NCBI RefSeq assembly: GCF_009914755.1 | Contig: NC_060927.1 | Reading direction: 5' to 3' (one strand) | DNA from: the human T2T-CHM13v2.0 reference genome, Homo sapiens | DNA length: 64,000 nucleotides | In this document: in pieces, positions 25,806 to 38,469 of the stretch | How positions within the stretch are numbered: position 1 is the first letter of the stretch | How the letters are laid out: every line of letters starts with the position of its first letter | Position numbers and translations under genes: made by a program | Notes under the pieces: generated by a model | The model's database searches: none | Told to the model about the DNA's origin: nothing | The model's input: only the letters and a program-made list of their open reading frames with translations

Positions 25806-27989
25806 TGAATATGGTTTGGCTCCATCTCCCCACTGAAATGTCATCTTAAATTGTAATTCTTAATGTTGGCGGAGATACCTGGTAGGAGGAGATTAAATCA
25901 TGTTGGCAGATTTCTCCCCTTCCCATTCTCCTGATGGCGTGTGAGGTCTCATAAGATCTGATGGTTTAAAAGTGTGTGGCACTTCCTGCTTTGCTCTCCC
26001 GCTTCTGCCACCATGTGAAGAAGGTGCTTGCTTCCCCTTAGCCCATCCACCAAAATTTTAAGTTTCCTGAGGCCATGAGCTGTTTGAAAGTCTTTTCTTC
26101 ATAAATGATTCAGTCTTAGATATGTTTTTATAGCAGTGTGAAAATGGACTAATACAGAAAATTGGAACTGAGAAAGTAGGGCATTGTTATAAAGACACCT
26201 GAAAATGTGGAAGCAACTTTAGAACTAGGTAATGGACAGAGGTTGGAAGAATTTGGAAGACTCAGAAGAATACAAGAAGATGAGGGAAACTTTGGAACTT
26301 CCTAGACAATTGTTGAATGGTTTTGAACAAAATGCTGATAGTGATATGGACAATAAAGTCCGGGATGAGGAGGTGTCAGATGAAGATTAGGAACTTATTG
26401 GGAACTGGAGTAATGATCACTCTTGCTATGCTTTAGCAAAGAGACTGGTGACAATGTGTCCCTGCTCTAGAGATTTGTGGAACTTTAAACTTCAGAGAGA
26501 TTATTTAAGGTATTTGGCAGAAGAAATTCCTAAGCAGCAAAGCATTCAAGATGTGGCATGGCTGCTTATAAAAGCCTATGCTCGTTTGCATAAACAAAGA
26601 GAACTTGTATTTAAAAAGGAAGCAGGGCATAAAAGTTTGGAAAATTTGCAGCTCAACCATGTGGTGAAAAAGAAAAATCCCTTTTCTGGGGAGGAATTAA
26701 AGGCTGCAGAAATTTGCATAAGTTAAGAATAGTCTAAAGTTAATAACCAAGACAATGGGGAAAATACCTCCAGGGCATTTCAGAGGCCTTCACAGTAGCC
26801 CTTTGCATCACAGGCTCAGACGCACAGGAGGGAAAAATTGTTTTGTGGACCTGGCATAGGGCCCCGCTGCTCTGTGCAGCCTTGGGTCATGGCACCCTGT
26901 GTCCCAGCCACTCCAGCCCCAGCCATGGCAAAAAAAGGTCGAAGTACATCTTGGGCCATTGCTTCAGAGAACACAAAACCCAACCCTTGGTAGCTTCCAA
27001 ATGATGTTGGGCCTGAGGCTACCCAGAAGGTAAGAGTTGAGGTTTGGGAACCTCACCTAGATTTCAGAGGATGTATGGAAACACCTAGACGTCCAGGCAA
27101 AAGTCTCCTGCAGGGGCAGAGCCATCATGGAGAACCTCTACTAAGGCAGTGTGGAGGAGAAATGCAGGGTTCATGTCCCCACACAGAGTCCCTATTGGGG
27201 CAATGCCTAGTGTAGCTGTGAGAAGAGGGCCACCATAATCCAGAACCCAGAATGGTAGATCCACTTGCAGCTTGGACTATGCACCTGGAAAAGCCATACC
27301 CATCAATGCCAACCCGTGAAAGTAGCCATGGTGTCCATAACCTGTAGAGTCATAGGCACAGAGATGCCCAAGGCATTGGGAACCCACCCCTTACATCAGC
27401 ATGCCCTAGATGTGAGACATGAAGTCAAAGGATATTACTTGGGAACTTTAAGATTTAATGACTGCCCTGCTGGGGTTTCAGACTTTCATGGGGTCTGTAG
27501 TCCCTTTGTTTTGGCCAATTTCTCCCTTTGGAATGGGAGTATTTACCTAATGCCTGTACCCCCATTGTATCTTTGAAGTAACTGACTCATTTTTGATTTT
27601 ACAGTCTCATAGGCAAAAGGGACTTGCCTTTTCTCAGATGAGACTTTGGACTTGGACTTTTGAGTTAATGCTGGAATGAGTTAAGACCTCGGGGGACTGC
27701 TGGGAAGGCATGAGTGTGTTTTGAAATGTGAGAAGGACACGAAATTTGGGAGGAGCCGGGGCAGAATAATATGGTTTGGCTCTGTGTCCCCACTCAAATC
27801 TCATTTCGAATTTTGTCAGGGGAGGCGCCTGGTGGGAAGTGATGGATCATGGGGGGCAGATTTCCCCTTTGCTGTTCTTGTGATAGTGAGTGAGCTCTCA
27901 TGAAATCTGATGGCTTAAAGTGTGTGGAACTTCCCCCTTTGCTATCTCTCTCCTGCCACAATGTGAAAAAGCTTCTTGCTTCCCCTTCA
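25806..27989 (+). mobile_element. MSTA-type MaLR provirus: 5' LTR 25806-26156, internal 26157-27766, truncated 3' LTR 27767-27989
   Basis: Two ATATGGTTTGGCT LTR starts; first LTR ends GACTAATACA; MaLR-int motifs GAAAATGTGGAAGCAACTTT and CAGAATGGTAGATCC. Confidence 0.9.
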
Positions 27990-28104
27990 GTCGGACATGT
28001 AAAAGATTGTCATAAAAAGCTACTTAACATGTATCTTGAAATGTAGCTGAAAACTATTTTTTTACATGTTCCATCTAATATGTAGTTTTATGAACAAGTT
28101 TCTA

Positions 28105-28249
28105 GTAGATATTATTTTCCTAGGACTACTATAACAAATTACTATGTGTGGCTTAAACAAACAGATATTTATTCTCCAGCAGTTCTGGAGACTGGCAGTC
28201 CAAAATCTCAAAGTCAATAGGACCATGCTCTCTATGAAGGCTCTAAGGG

Positions 28250-28285
<36 letters not shown>

Positions 28286-28605
28286 CTCTTTTTAGCTTCT
28301 TGTGGTACTGGCAATCCCTAGCATTCTTTAGCTGTCAGTCACATCGCATCATTCCAGCCTTTGCTATCACGTGGCCTTCTTCCCTCTGTGTTTTAACGTT
28401 GTCTTCCCTCTGTGCATCTGTGTATTCAAGTTTTCCTGTTCTTAAAAGAACATTAGTAATTAGATTCGCGTCCTCCCTAAACAGGTATGACAATTTTAAC
28501 CTGATTACATCTGCAAAGACTCAATTTCTAAATTAGATCACATTCATAGGTCTTGGCAGTTAGTACTACAATTTATCTTTTAGGGATAATCCAACCCACA
28601 ATACA
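28105..28605 (-). mobile_element. MLT1 MaLR LTR
   Basis: TTTCCTAGGACTACTATAACAAATTAC...GGCTTAAACAAACAG...TTACATCTGCAAAGAC. Confidence 0.8.
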
Positions 28606-30262
28606 GATTAAGGAATAATCATATAAAATCTGACTTGAAAAACAAATTGCTAGTTCTATCACCAGCTAACATAAATGGAATTATTGTGATGAAAATAATT
28701 TCCTATAGGTTTTTTTGAAGTGAGCTTTCTTATTAAACTTTAAAATATATTTGAGACATTAATATTTGATTTATCCCAATGCATATGTACATTTCCTAAG
28801 GATTGTTTTGTGTCCCACATTAGGAGTTTTAAATCTCTACTTATATAAAATAATAAGAAATGACTCCAGTATAATATCTAAATTATTTACAATTATATAA
28901 TATCAGTATTTCTGAAAACACTTAAGAAACAGAATTTTAGAACAATGTTTATATATATTTTATGTATAGATATAGCATAAATGTAAATTACAAAAATGAA
29001 ACCAGGAATTCAAATGCTCTTAATTTTTCCATGTTTTTAATGTATATTTACTGTCAACTAGTAAATATTTTGATTATAAATACATGTATAAAATACAATA
29101 TAGTTAATTTGACAGATAGAAATTAGTTTGCTCAACGTTTGGTATTTAAAAGTCCAATGCAACTCCTGTTGGGCTCCTAATATAGCTTAGTTTTCAAATT
29201 ATGAATACAAAGTTCTCTAGATAATTTATTCCAAATTATTCAGAGGAAAGTAATATATTTTCATTTGATTTTTTAAATGTATAAGTCATAATTCTACATA
29301 TACTGAATTATTGTAGGTTGGACAATGATACTTGCTTAAGGATATTATAAATTAGGCAGTTTAAAAAAATCAGAGTGATAGATTTACATAACATGAAAAC
29401 AATCTCTGATTGAGTTCAAATTAGTTTTAAAATGTTAACACATTTCCTTATTTGAAAAAAGTCAATTCATGTATATTAATTACAATTTTTGATCCCTTTA
29501 ATAAAGAGTACTTGAAGCATGTTCACCATTCCATATCTTTTCTAGGTTATTGAAATTGCAATTGATGAAACAGCTGACAAACATTGGAAGGGTTTAAACT
29601 TGTATCATATTTATCAGTTAGAAAATAAACTTCCATTTTTGAAGTGGCTGATTTAAATCTGATTGACAAAAGGTATGTATTTTTCATAAGTGTTGTGATT
29701 TTTCAACGTCGGTCTCTTCAAGTCTAATGACATATGTCAAATTATAAACCAATACGTTTTGTAATGAAACACATCAGGGACAGAAGCTCAGGACAAATCA
29801 CCACTGCCGTTAGAACTTCAATTTAACAGATTTTCTCACTAAAGAGGCAGACAGACATATGCATATGCTTGTCTGCACACACATAGCTGATTTGGTAGTT
29901 TTTAACGTAGACCTCATTCAAAACAGACAACTATATTTTTCCCAGAGATACAGTCAAATTTTGGTTGTATTTTCAGATTGCCCCCAAATAGTTCTAACAC
30001 ATCTTTTATATAATCCAGAACTGTTATTAATTCAGTCACCTTTCTAGCAGAACTTGTTTTCTAAAGTCAACATCGATGGCTTATATTCCAAGATCATTCA
30101 GTTTTGAAGAATTCTTATGTAATATCAATGGGTATTGTGTGTCAATTTATACCATTCAGTTTCTTGGACACCTGCTGGAACTTGGCACAAATCTCTCTTT
30201 GTTGAATAACATTTGCTTTATTTGTTGCTGAATATGTTTTTTAGATAATTGTGGACATATAA

Positions 30263-30567
<305 letters not shown>

Positions 30568-30649
30568 ATATAAATGTTTTTAAATTCAATAAAGGCCATT
30601 TGTTTTTAAGTAGTAGTATTAAAAACAAACGCCAACAAACAGAAAACTG

Positions 30650-31830
30650 GAAAGAATAGAAAGCTGAAACAGACCCACACATATATGGGCATCTGGTTTG
30701 TGACAACAGTGGTACTGGAAAAAGCCTTTTCAATAAATATTGATGGGTAACATAAATTTTCATATGGAGTAAGACAAATAATCTTGCTCCCTTATTCCAC
30801 ACTACTAGCATAATATTGTCACTCCTTTGCTATGACCTGCTCCAGTTTACCACAAATATATCTTTGAACCAGCATTTTTATTCCTAGATATATGTTCAAC
30901 AAAAATACATGTACATAGGCAGTGAAAATCATACCTTACAATGTTCACATCTGCATTGTTCGTAATAACTCCACAATGAAAACAACCCAAATGCCTACTG
31001 TCTTGTAAGAAATTTAAATGGGTTACTTGAAATGCGTATTTTTTTGATGGTCAAAATTGTTAATTTGTGCAAATACAAAATAACACCATGGAGAGGCATA
31101 TGAAAATGAAAGAGATATATTATCCTCATAGGCCTAGAAGAGGGAGGTCCCACATGGTACACAAGGGGTCATGAAGGAAGAGGAGGTCAACCAAGTATCT
31201 GAGGAGCCCAGAGATAGAGTAAGGGCCTATGGTTGAGTAACTGTATTGGGAGTCGGGGGAAGTACAAAAGCAAAAGGCATGTGGGGAATTTACTGGTGCA
31301 TTTGAATGTCAGTAGGTAACAGTCAGGAGATGGGAGGAAGGGAAGTTTGTGGCAGAGATGTACTTTATCACACTGATATGCCTGGCAGCCTGGACAGAGT
31401 GTTCGTCAGCCTGTTGGTGCAGATATTGAGGCATCAGGAAAATATGAAGTACAAAAAAATTAGAATGCATCTGCCAATATGAAATAGAGAAATTAATAAA
31501 CTTGGAATTATACACAGCAATGAAAATGAACAAATGCCATACATAAAAATATATATCACATGCAAAACAAAGAATGTAACCTGTTTGATTGTGTCTATAT
31601 TCATTTCTAAATTAAACTTAAAAAAAAGACAGTGGTACATTTGAGAAAGAGGAAAAGGTGGTGATTTCTTCAGTATAAGAGGTGCTTCTAGAATGCTAGA
31701 AATATTCTACAGTATTGGTCATATTATATATTCTGTATTTGGTGATGGTTTAACTTGTGATAATGCAATAAGCTATAAATTTTAATGTGTACTTATATGT
31801 ACTATGTTCTCATGATAAAGTATTTTTAAG
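30650..31830 (+). mobile_element. Old L1M 3' fragments with a probable LTR-like insertion at ~31005-31436
   Basis: GAAACAGACCCACACATATATGG and ACAACCCAAATGCC L1 motifs flank a more GC-rich block with TG...CA ends; family not identified. Confidence 0.45.
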
Positions 31831-32662
31831 CACAGATAATATTCTAATAATATTTTAGCTTCCCTAATAGAGTAAAAATTTTAAAAATTGTTTTTTTCTT
31901 ATTAACCTGTTTGAATATTTTTATCACGTGTTGGTTATTACATATCAGTTTTCTTATAAAGAAAATGAAAAACTTGACAAAATATAGACAATACCAATTA
32001 AAATGCTTCTAAAAATTGAGAAAGTTATGCTGATGTAGGAGGAAATGGCTATAAGATAGAATATAATAATAGAAATGCATGCAAAGACACACACTTAAAA
32101 AATATCTAAGTAAAGTAACGCGTGGCATAAAATGTAGCAAGAACATCTGAACATTTTATTCCATTCAAGAGACTGTGCAAACATGACACCTGAAAGAAGT
32201 TTCACAGCCATGAGAGCTAAATCTACAAACTATGAAAGTGTGTGGTAGAATATTTCCATAGAAATTGCTTACAATTCAAATGGGCATAAATCATATTAAA
32301 CATTTTTCAATGTGCATATATTTCTCAGAGATAAATGGCCTTTTTTTCTTGTTGGAACAATGCATGTTTTCATTTAAAAATAATGAGAGAAAGATCTGAT
32401 TTATTGATTAAAGTCGTTTGATTTACTCAGAATTTATCAACAAGATGAAGTATTTACATTAGCCTTATAGAATCATAATGCTTTAAATCTAGAATCTTAA
32501 AGCTCATATATTTCAAATCTCTCACTTTACAGATTTGCAAATTAAAATCTTTTGAAGTTAAATGAGGGAGTCATGAGAGCAAGAGAGAACTTGTACTCTC
32601 ATGAAGCAAGCCAAAATAATATTTCTGTTTGTAGAAAGTAATCTTTCTCACGTATTATTAAA

Positions 32663-32687
32663 CACACACACACACACACACACACAT
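32663..32687. repeat. (CA)n microsatellite
   Basis: Read directly from the sequence. Confidence 0.9.
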
Positions 32688-33144
32688 AAAATTTAGAAAT
32701 TATTAGCAAATAAAATAAATTCTGTTCAAATATGTTTGAGAAATCTGTATTCTATAGCACCCTCCTAAATATTAACCATGGTTATTGTTATTCATTGATC
32801 ACACAATAGACTTTAAAGGATCAGAAAAGTTATATAGTTAAAAAGAAAACAATCAACCCAGATTTTTCGTCGGTTATTTGGCCACAGAACACAACCACCT
32901 CCGTAACCCTTGCAAGATAGGTGTTAAAGATGAATTCCTCAATTTATGATTGATTGGGGCTGAAATACAATGGTCAGACACTTCTAAGTCCCCTGAGATT
33001 TCTCCATCCGTACCAAAGAGGATAAACATGGGAAAATAAAGAAGGAGAATAAGGCATGCTGGTGAAAAAGATAGGAAGGCAATAATTTGTCTTAATATCT
33101 ACCAAGTTAAATGTGAAAATTACAAACAATGAAAATAAGGAATT

Positions 33145-33512
33145 GGTTCTTGTGATATAAAGTCTGAAAAGTCCCAATATCTTCTGTTGGCGACCTGGAA
33201 ACCAAGGAGAACTGATGTTGTAAGTTCCAGTCCCAAAGCCAGCAGGCTCAAAATCCCAAAAGAGCTGATATCCCAGGTCAATCAGGCAAGCAGAAGGAGT
33301 TTCCTTTTACAGTGTTTTTTTGTTATATTCAATTCTTAATTTGATCGGATGATATCCATTCACATGAGGGAGGTCAATCTGCTTTACTCGTCTAATGATT
33401 TGAATGTCAATCTCATCTAAAAACATGTCATAGACACACCTAGAATAATGTTTGCCCAAATGTCTGAGCACCCTATGGTCCAGTCAAATTGACACATAGA
33501 AGTAATCATCAA
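33145..33512 (-). mobile_element. MLT2 LTR fragment
   Basis: GTTCCAGTCCCAAAGCC, CAATCTGCTTTACTC, CAGTCAAATTGACACA. Confidence 0.75.
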
Positions 33513-34951
33513 AGAAACTCCCTACATTTGTTATTTTTTTCCCTTAGAGATTATTGTCCTGTTTTTAGTTTGCCCTCGTTACCAAAGTAACGATTGGATT
33601 TTGGAATTCATCAAAGACTTTTCATGAAATTGTGTTTTCATAGAAGGAGTATGTGATTCTGCTTTGTAAAATTAAAAATAGCAAACACATATATGCATCC
33701 ATTCAACAAATTATTAATGATTACTTATCCTGTGCATCGACTCTCAGTTACAAAGACAAATATGCAAAAATTATTCCTGTCCTCTTTCAAACACGGAAAA
33801 GAAGGTTTGTAAGTAAAATAAATGCTATTCATTTGGAATATGCTGGTATACAATGAGACAAGTTTTATAGAAACAGAATTTTAAAAGTCAAAGCAGAGTG
33901 ACTGCAAGGAGAAACAAGTGGATCAAAAATCATTTACATAAAAAAGGTTTATTTTCTTTTATCTCCCCTAACCCCTTGTCTTATTTTTTTGTTATTGTTA
34001 AAACAGCAACAGGAGTCTGTGAGTCTGAGAGGAGAATGGAAGATATATTGCATTCGGTGCTACAGATATTTATCAATACATAAAGACAAAAAAAACAACA
34101 ACCAGACTTTGGTCAGTGAACTATTCTTTTTCTTGCTGTATTTACATTTATACAAGAAAAATAATTCCACTATTGCCATTGTATTTCTTCATTCTCTTAA
34201 AAAAAACAGTACTATAAGGCTTGTCAGTATTGGGTATTAAAATAAGAAAAATCAGAGTGAATCGTGAAAGTAGGAAAGAACTGAACAACAATTTTACATA
34301 GTTTCAGCTCTTACAAATGATTATATTGATTATATTGGATCCAATCTTGATCTCTATGTGTGAAATAATAAAGAAATGTTGGAATAAGATACATTTCTAT
34401 TTAGATATGTAAAAAACTTACTGAAACAAATAGCAAATTTGTCAGAATTGAGTTAGGATAACAGCAATCAATTTTTAAAATTTTTCAAAGAACATGGTGA
34501 AGATATTCTCAGTATTAATTTCTTTTAAGAATTAAAAATAGCCAAATTTAAATACCGTATTAATTTATGCTGTCTCAAATTCTAATCACTATTTTGTCTA
34601 AATCTGTTTTTATGAAGTATTCTAGCACGTTTTTAATAAAATAGAATACTAGGGTATATTTTAAATGAGATCATGATTAATTAAATATTCTCAACTTATT
34701 TGACAAAGAAATCAAATATGTTATTTTATGCAAACTAAAATTAATTACTAATTACTATGGTATGATTTATTGAGCAGAGTTTATATTTGAAAATGTTTTA
34801 AAAATGTTTAATAATTACTTAATATTTGAGAACTCTAAAAATGAGAAGAAACACTGTTATCCATAGAATGAGAAAATTACTAAGCAAGAAAGCATTATAG
34901 CTTATATAAAACACTTTTTGAGAACAACAAACTCAACTAATAAAACAAAGG

Positions 34952-35301
34952 TGATAGGGTCGTGTCCTCACCCAAATCTCACCCCATAATCCCCACGTGT
35001 CATGGGAGGGATCCAGTGGGAAGTAATTTAATCATGGGGGCAGTCACCCTCATGGTGTTCTCATGATAGTGAGTGAGTTTGTACGAGATCTGATGGTTTT
35101 TTAAGAGGATTTTCCACCTTTGCTCAGCACTCCTTCCTGCTAACATGTGAAGAAGGATGTGTTTGTTTTCCTTCCGCCATGAATGTAAGTTTCTTGAGGG
35201 CTCCCTAGCCCTACAGAACTGTGAGTCAATTAAACTTCTTTCCTTATAAATTACCCAGTCTTGAGAATTTCTTCACAGCAGCATAAAAACAGACCAATAC
35301 A
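34952..35301 (+). mobile_element. THE1 solo LTR
   Basis: CACCCAAATCTC...CCAATACA; AAGG repeated on both flanks. Confidence 0.88.
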
Positions 35302-35317
35302 AAGGCTTAGTGTGATT

Positions 35318-35700
35318 TTGTCACAGGATCCTTGGGGTGTCACTTTTCTATCTGGAAGCCTCTTTGGCTGGTGGAGAAAGTTTGTGCTGATTGGTCCATG
35401 GGCGGCCATGGACAGGCCTAGAAAAAGCACCATAAGTCCTCGCTCTGGTCCGTGGAACTGACAACCCAGGCTTCCATGCTTCAGGCCATCCCCAGCTTGA
35501 AGGTGAGGCTTACTAGGGACCCACTCATTTCCACGCAGAAGCCTGTCTGCCTCCTGTCACCATCAACCTGCTGTGGACGGCGCCCACAGCTGTTAATGCT
35601 GAGAAGTCACTACAGGCAATGCCGAGCTGTCCTCAGCTCCCCCTTGGACTCTTTCCCATGCTCGTTGGTGCCCAAAGTCTGGAAGGGGTTGAGGAGGCAG
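35318..35700 (-). mobile_element. MER52-like ERV1 LTR fragment
   Basis: TGTCACAGGATCCTTGGGGTGTC terminus; GCTGATTGGTCCATGGGCGGCCATGG. Confidence 0.75.
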
Positions 35701-36639
35701 AGTCCCTACTGGGGTGCTGCTTCCTAGTGGAGCTGTGAGAAGATGGCCACCATCTTCCAGATCCCAGAATGGTAGATCCATTGAGAGCTTGCACCATGCA
35801 CCTGGAAAAGCCACAGACACTCAATGCCAGCCTGTGAAAGTAGCTGGGATGGAGGTTATACCCTGCAAAGCCACAGGGGCAAACCTGCCTAAGGCCATGG
35901 GAACCCACTTCTTGCATCAGCATGACCTGGATGTGAGACATTCATTCAAAGGAGATCACTTTGGAGCTTTAAGATTTGACTGTCCTTCTGGATTTCAAAC
36001 TTGCATGGGCCCTGTAGTTCCTTTGTTTTGGCCAATTTCTCCCATTTGGAATGAGTGTATTTACCCTAAGCCTGTACCCCCATTGTATCTAGGAGGTAAC
36101 TACTTTGCTTTTGATTTTACTAGCACATAGGCAGAAGAGACTTGCCTTGTCTCGGATGAGACTTTGGACTGTGAACTTTTGAGTTAATGCTGAAATGAGT
36201 TAAGACTTTGGGGGACTGTTCAGAGGCATGATTGGTTTTGAAATGTGAGGAAATGAGATTTGGGCGGGCCCGGGGGTGGAATGATACAGTTTGGCTGTGT
36301 CCCCATCCAAAATCTCATCTTGAATTGTAACTTCCACAATTCGCATGTGTCATGAAGGGACTTGGTGGGAGGTAATTGAATCATGGGGATGGATCTTTCC
36401 TGTGCTGTTCTCTTGATAGTGAATAAGTCTCATGGGATCTGAGAGTTTTAAAAACAGGAGTTTCCTTGCGCAAGCTCTCTTCTCTTGTCTGCTGCCATGT
36501 GAGACACGCCTTTCACCGTCTGCCACGATTGTGAGGGCTTCCCAGTATATGGAACTTTAAGTCCATTAAAACTCTTTTTGTTGTAAATTGCCCAGTCTCA
36601 AGTATGTCTTTATCAGCAACGTGAGAACAGACTAATACA
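35701..36639 (+). mobile_element. THE1 internal 3' part plus 3' LTR (36282-36639)
   Basis: Collinear with MaLR-int at 27185-27766; LTR ends ACTAATACA. Confidence 0.88.
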
Positions 36640-36834
36640 GGAGACTAATATTTAAATAGTAAGATTTCAAGAAAGAGTGGAAATAAATAATAGAATTAAA
36701 CACTCTTGAAATAAAAAGCACAGAAAGAAAAGAAGACCTGAATTTTCCAAATAAAAACATTCATCAACTTGTAGGTTGGATTGATAATAATAACAAAATG
36801 ATTATAATAGTAAGAACAATAATCATAATTTTAA

Positions 36835-37030
36835 AGACAATGCACTTATATAGCACTTACCATGTGTCAGGCATTGTTCTAAGTATTTGTAATATATTAA
36901 CTCATTTAACCTTTACCATCACCCTGTGATTTAGATACTATTTTACATTTGAAGAATCTAAGGCATAGACAAATAATCTGTCCAAGTGGCTGAATTAGAG
37001 TTAATGTTCTCAACGTTTTACTGCTGCATG
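36835..37030 (-). mobile_element. MIR SINE
   Basis: AGCACTTACCATGTGTCAGGCATTGTTCTAAG...CTCATTTAACC...AAGGCATAGA. Confidence 0.7.
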
Positions 37031-37654
37031 AAGCACTCCTATGCATAGCTAGGAGTATTTTGGAATGCTAAGGTTAAAGACAAACCCTGGGAGAGCAGGA
37101 ATCTCCAAAGAAAAAATAATTAGACATACATTACATTCTTAACTATAACACTGTAAGCTAAAAGGCAGTAAGTTAGATATCATTTCAGATAGCTTTATAA
37201 AAGATGACTGTGGTTACACAAGAATTAAGAGTGTTTCATACTCTGAATCAAATAGTGGAGAAAAGTCTAATCAATTAAAATGAAACAGCACAGAGATGTA
37301 TAGGTCAAGATAAAGAGGAATTAGAAACATGTATAGTGCTAAAGAGGATAAAGATAAGGAGGATAAAGTTTCATGAGCAATGAAACTTACAACATATATA
37401 ATTCAATTTACAGTTGAATACACATATAAACAGTTAGTAGGTTAAAATTCTTAAGACTAAAGAGACAAGCTGTACATCCTTTAAGTTACACCTGAAATAT
37501 AATACAAAAGCAGCCTTAAGATTTCAACAGGTGAGAAGAAGACAGGAAGAAACTTAATTTAAACATTTATCTCATAGGATGGAAAGATGAGTGAAGAATC
37601 AATTATTTTCATGGAATAGATATTGTGTGTAGATAAATAAAATCATTCATATTT

Positions 37655-38100
37655 TGTGTTTAAGTGAAAGAAAGTTTATTAGGACAGTAAAGGAATAAAA
37701 GAATGGCTACTCCATTGGCAGAGAAGCTCTTCAAGGGCTGCTGGTTGCCCATTTTTACAGTTATTTCTTGATTATATGCTAAACAAGCAGTGGATTATTC
37801 ATGAGTTTTTCAGAAAAGGGGTGGGAAATTCCTAGAACTGAGGAATGAAGGTTTCTGATAACTTTGGAGATTGTGACATCAAGATAGAGGGAAAACTTTC
37901 AGGACTAATGGACAGCTGAAGTGTTCATGAATATTGAGCAGGACAGGAATTAACTGCAGGGACTAAACTAATAGACTTCTAAAGTAATATTTTTGACTTT
38001 TTGCTTAAAATGTTGCTGATCCTTTGTTTTGTTCTTCAGAGTTAAGGAAACTTTTAAGCTATTGACAATTTTTAACAAATGCGTAAAATACTCATGTGAA
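37655..38100 (-). mobile_element. MER4-group ERV1 LTR fragment (MER51/LTR9-like) joined to an internal fragment
   Basis: GTAAAGGAATAAAAGAATGGCTACTCCA; TTTTGACTTTTTGCTTAAAATGTTGCTGATCC. Confidence 0.6.
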
Positions 38101-38469
38101 CATATTGTGTTATTAAATCAAACAGAAAAATGTAGTTGTGAAACAGAAAGTGTTTGAAAATGGTTTGAAAACTAATAATTTTATTTCTTATTTATTAATG
38201 TCTAATGATGTCAGTTTTTTAAAGGCACAAAGAGCAATGTATACATATATTTGGGTTGGGGTTGTTCTGATGGTAGAGGTTTATCAGTTTGATTAGATAT
38301 CAGAATATCAGTTACTAAAATAAATTGTAAATATTGGCATAAAAACTAATATGGATTTAGTAGAATAAAAGAGAAAATTTACCAATAGACCTTAATATAT
38401 TTGAGAATTTACTATTCACTAGTCCAGAGCTCAAAGAATATTTAATAAGGTTGCTAGGGTTTTCTAAGA

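Noticed and set aside
26448-27576. MaLR internal ORFs
   Set aside because: Short fragments of the degenerate MST-int frame.
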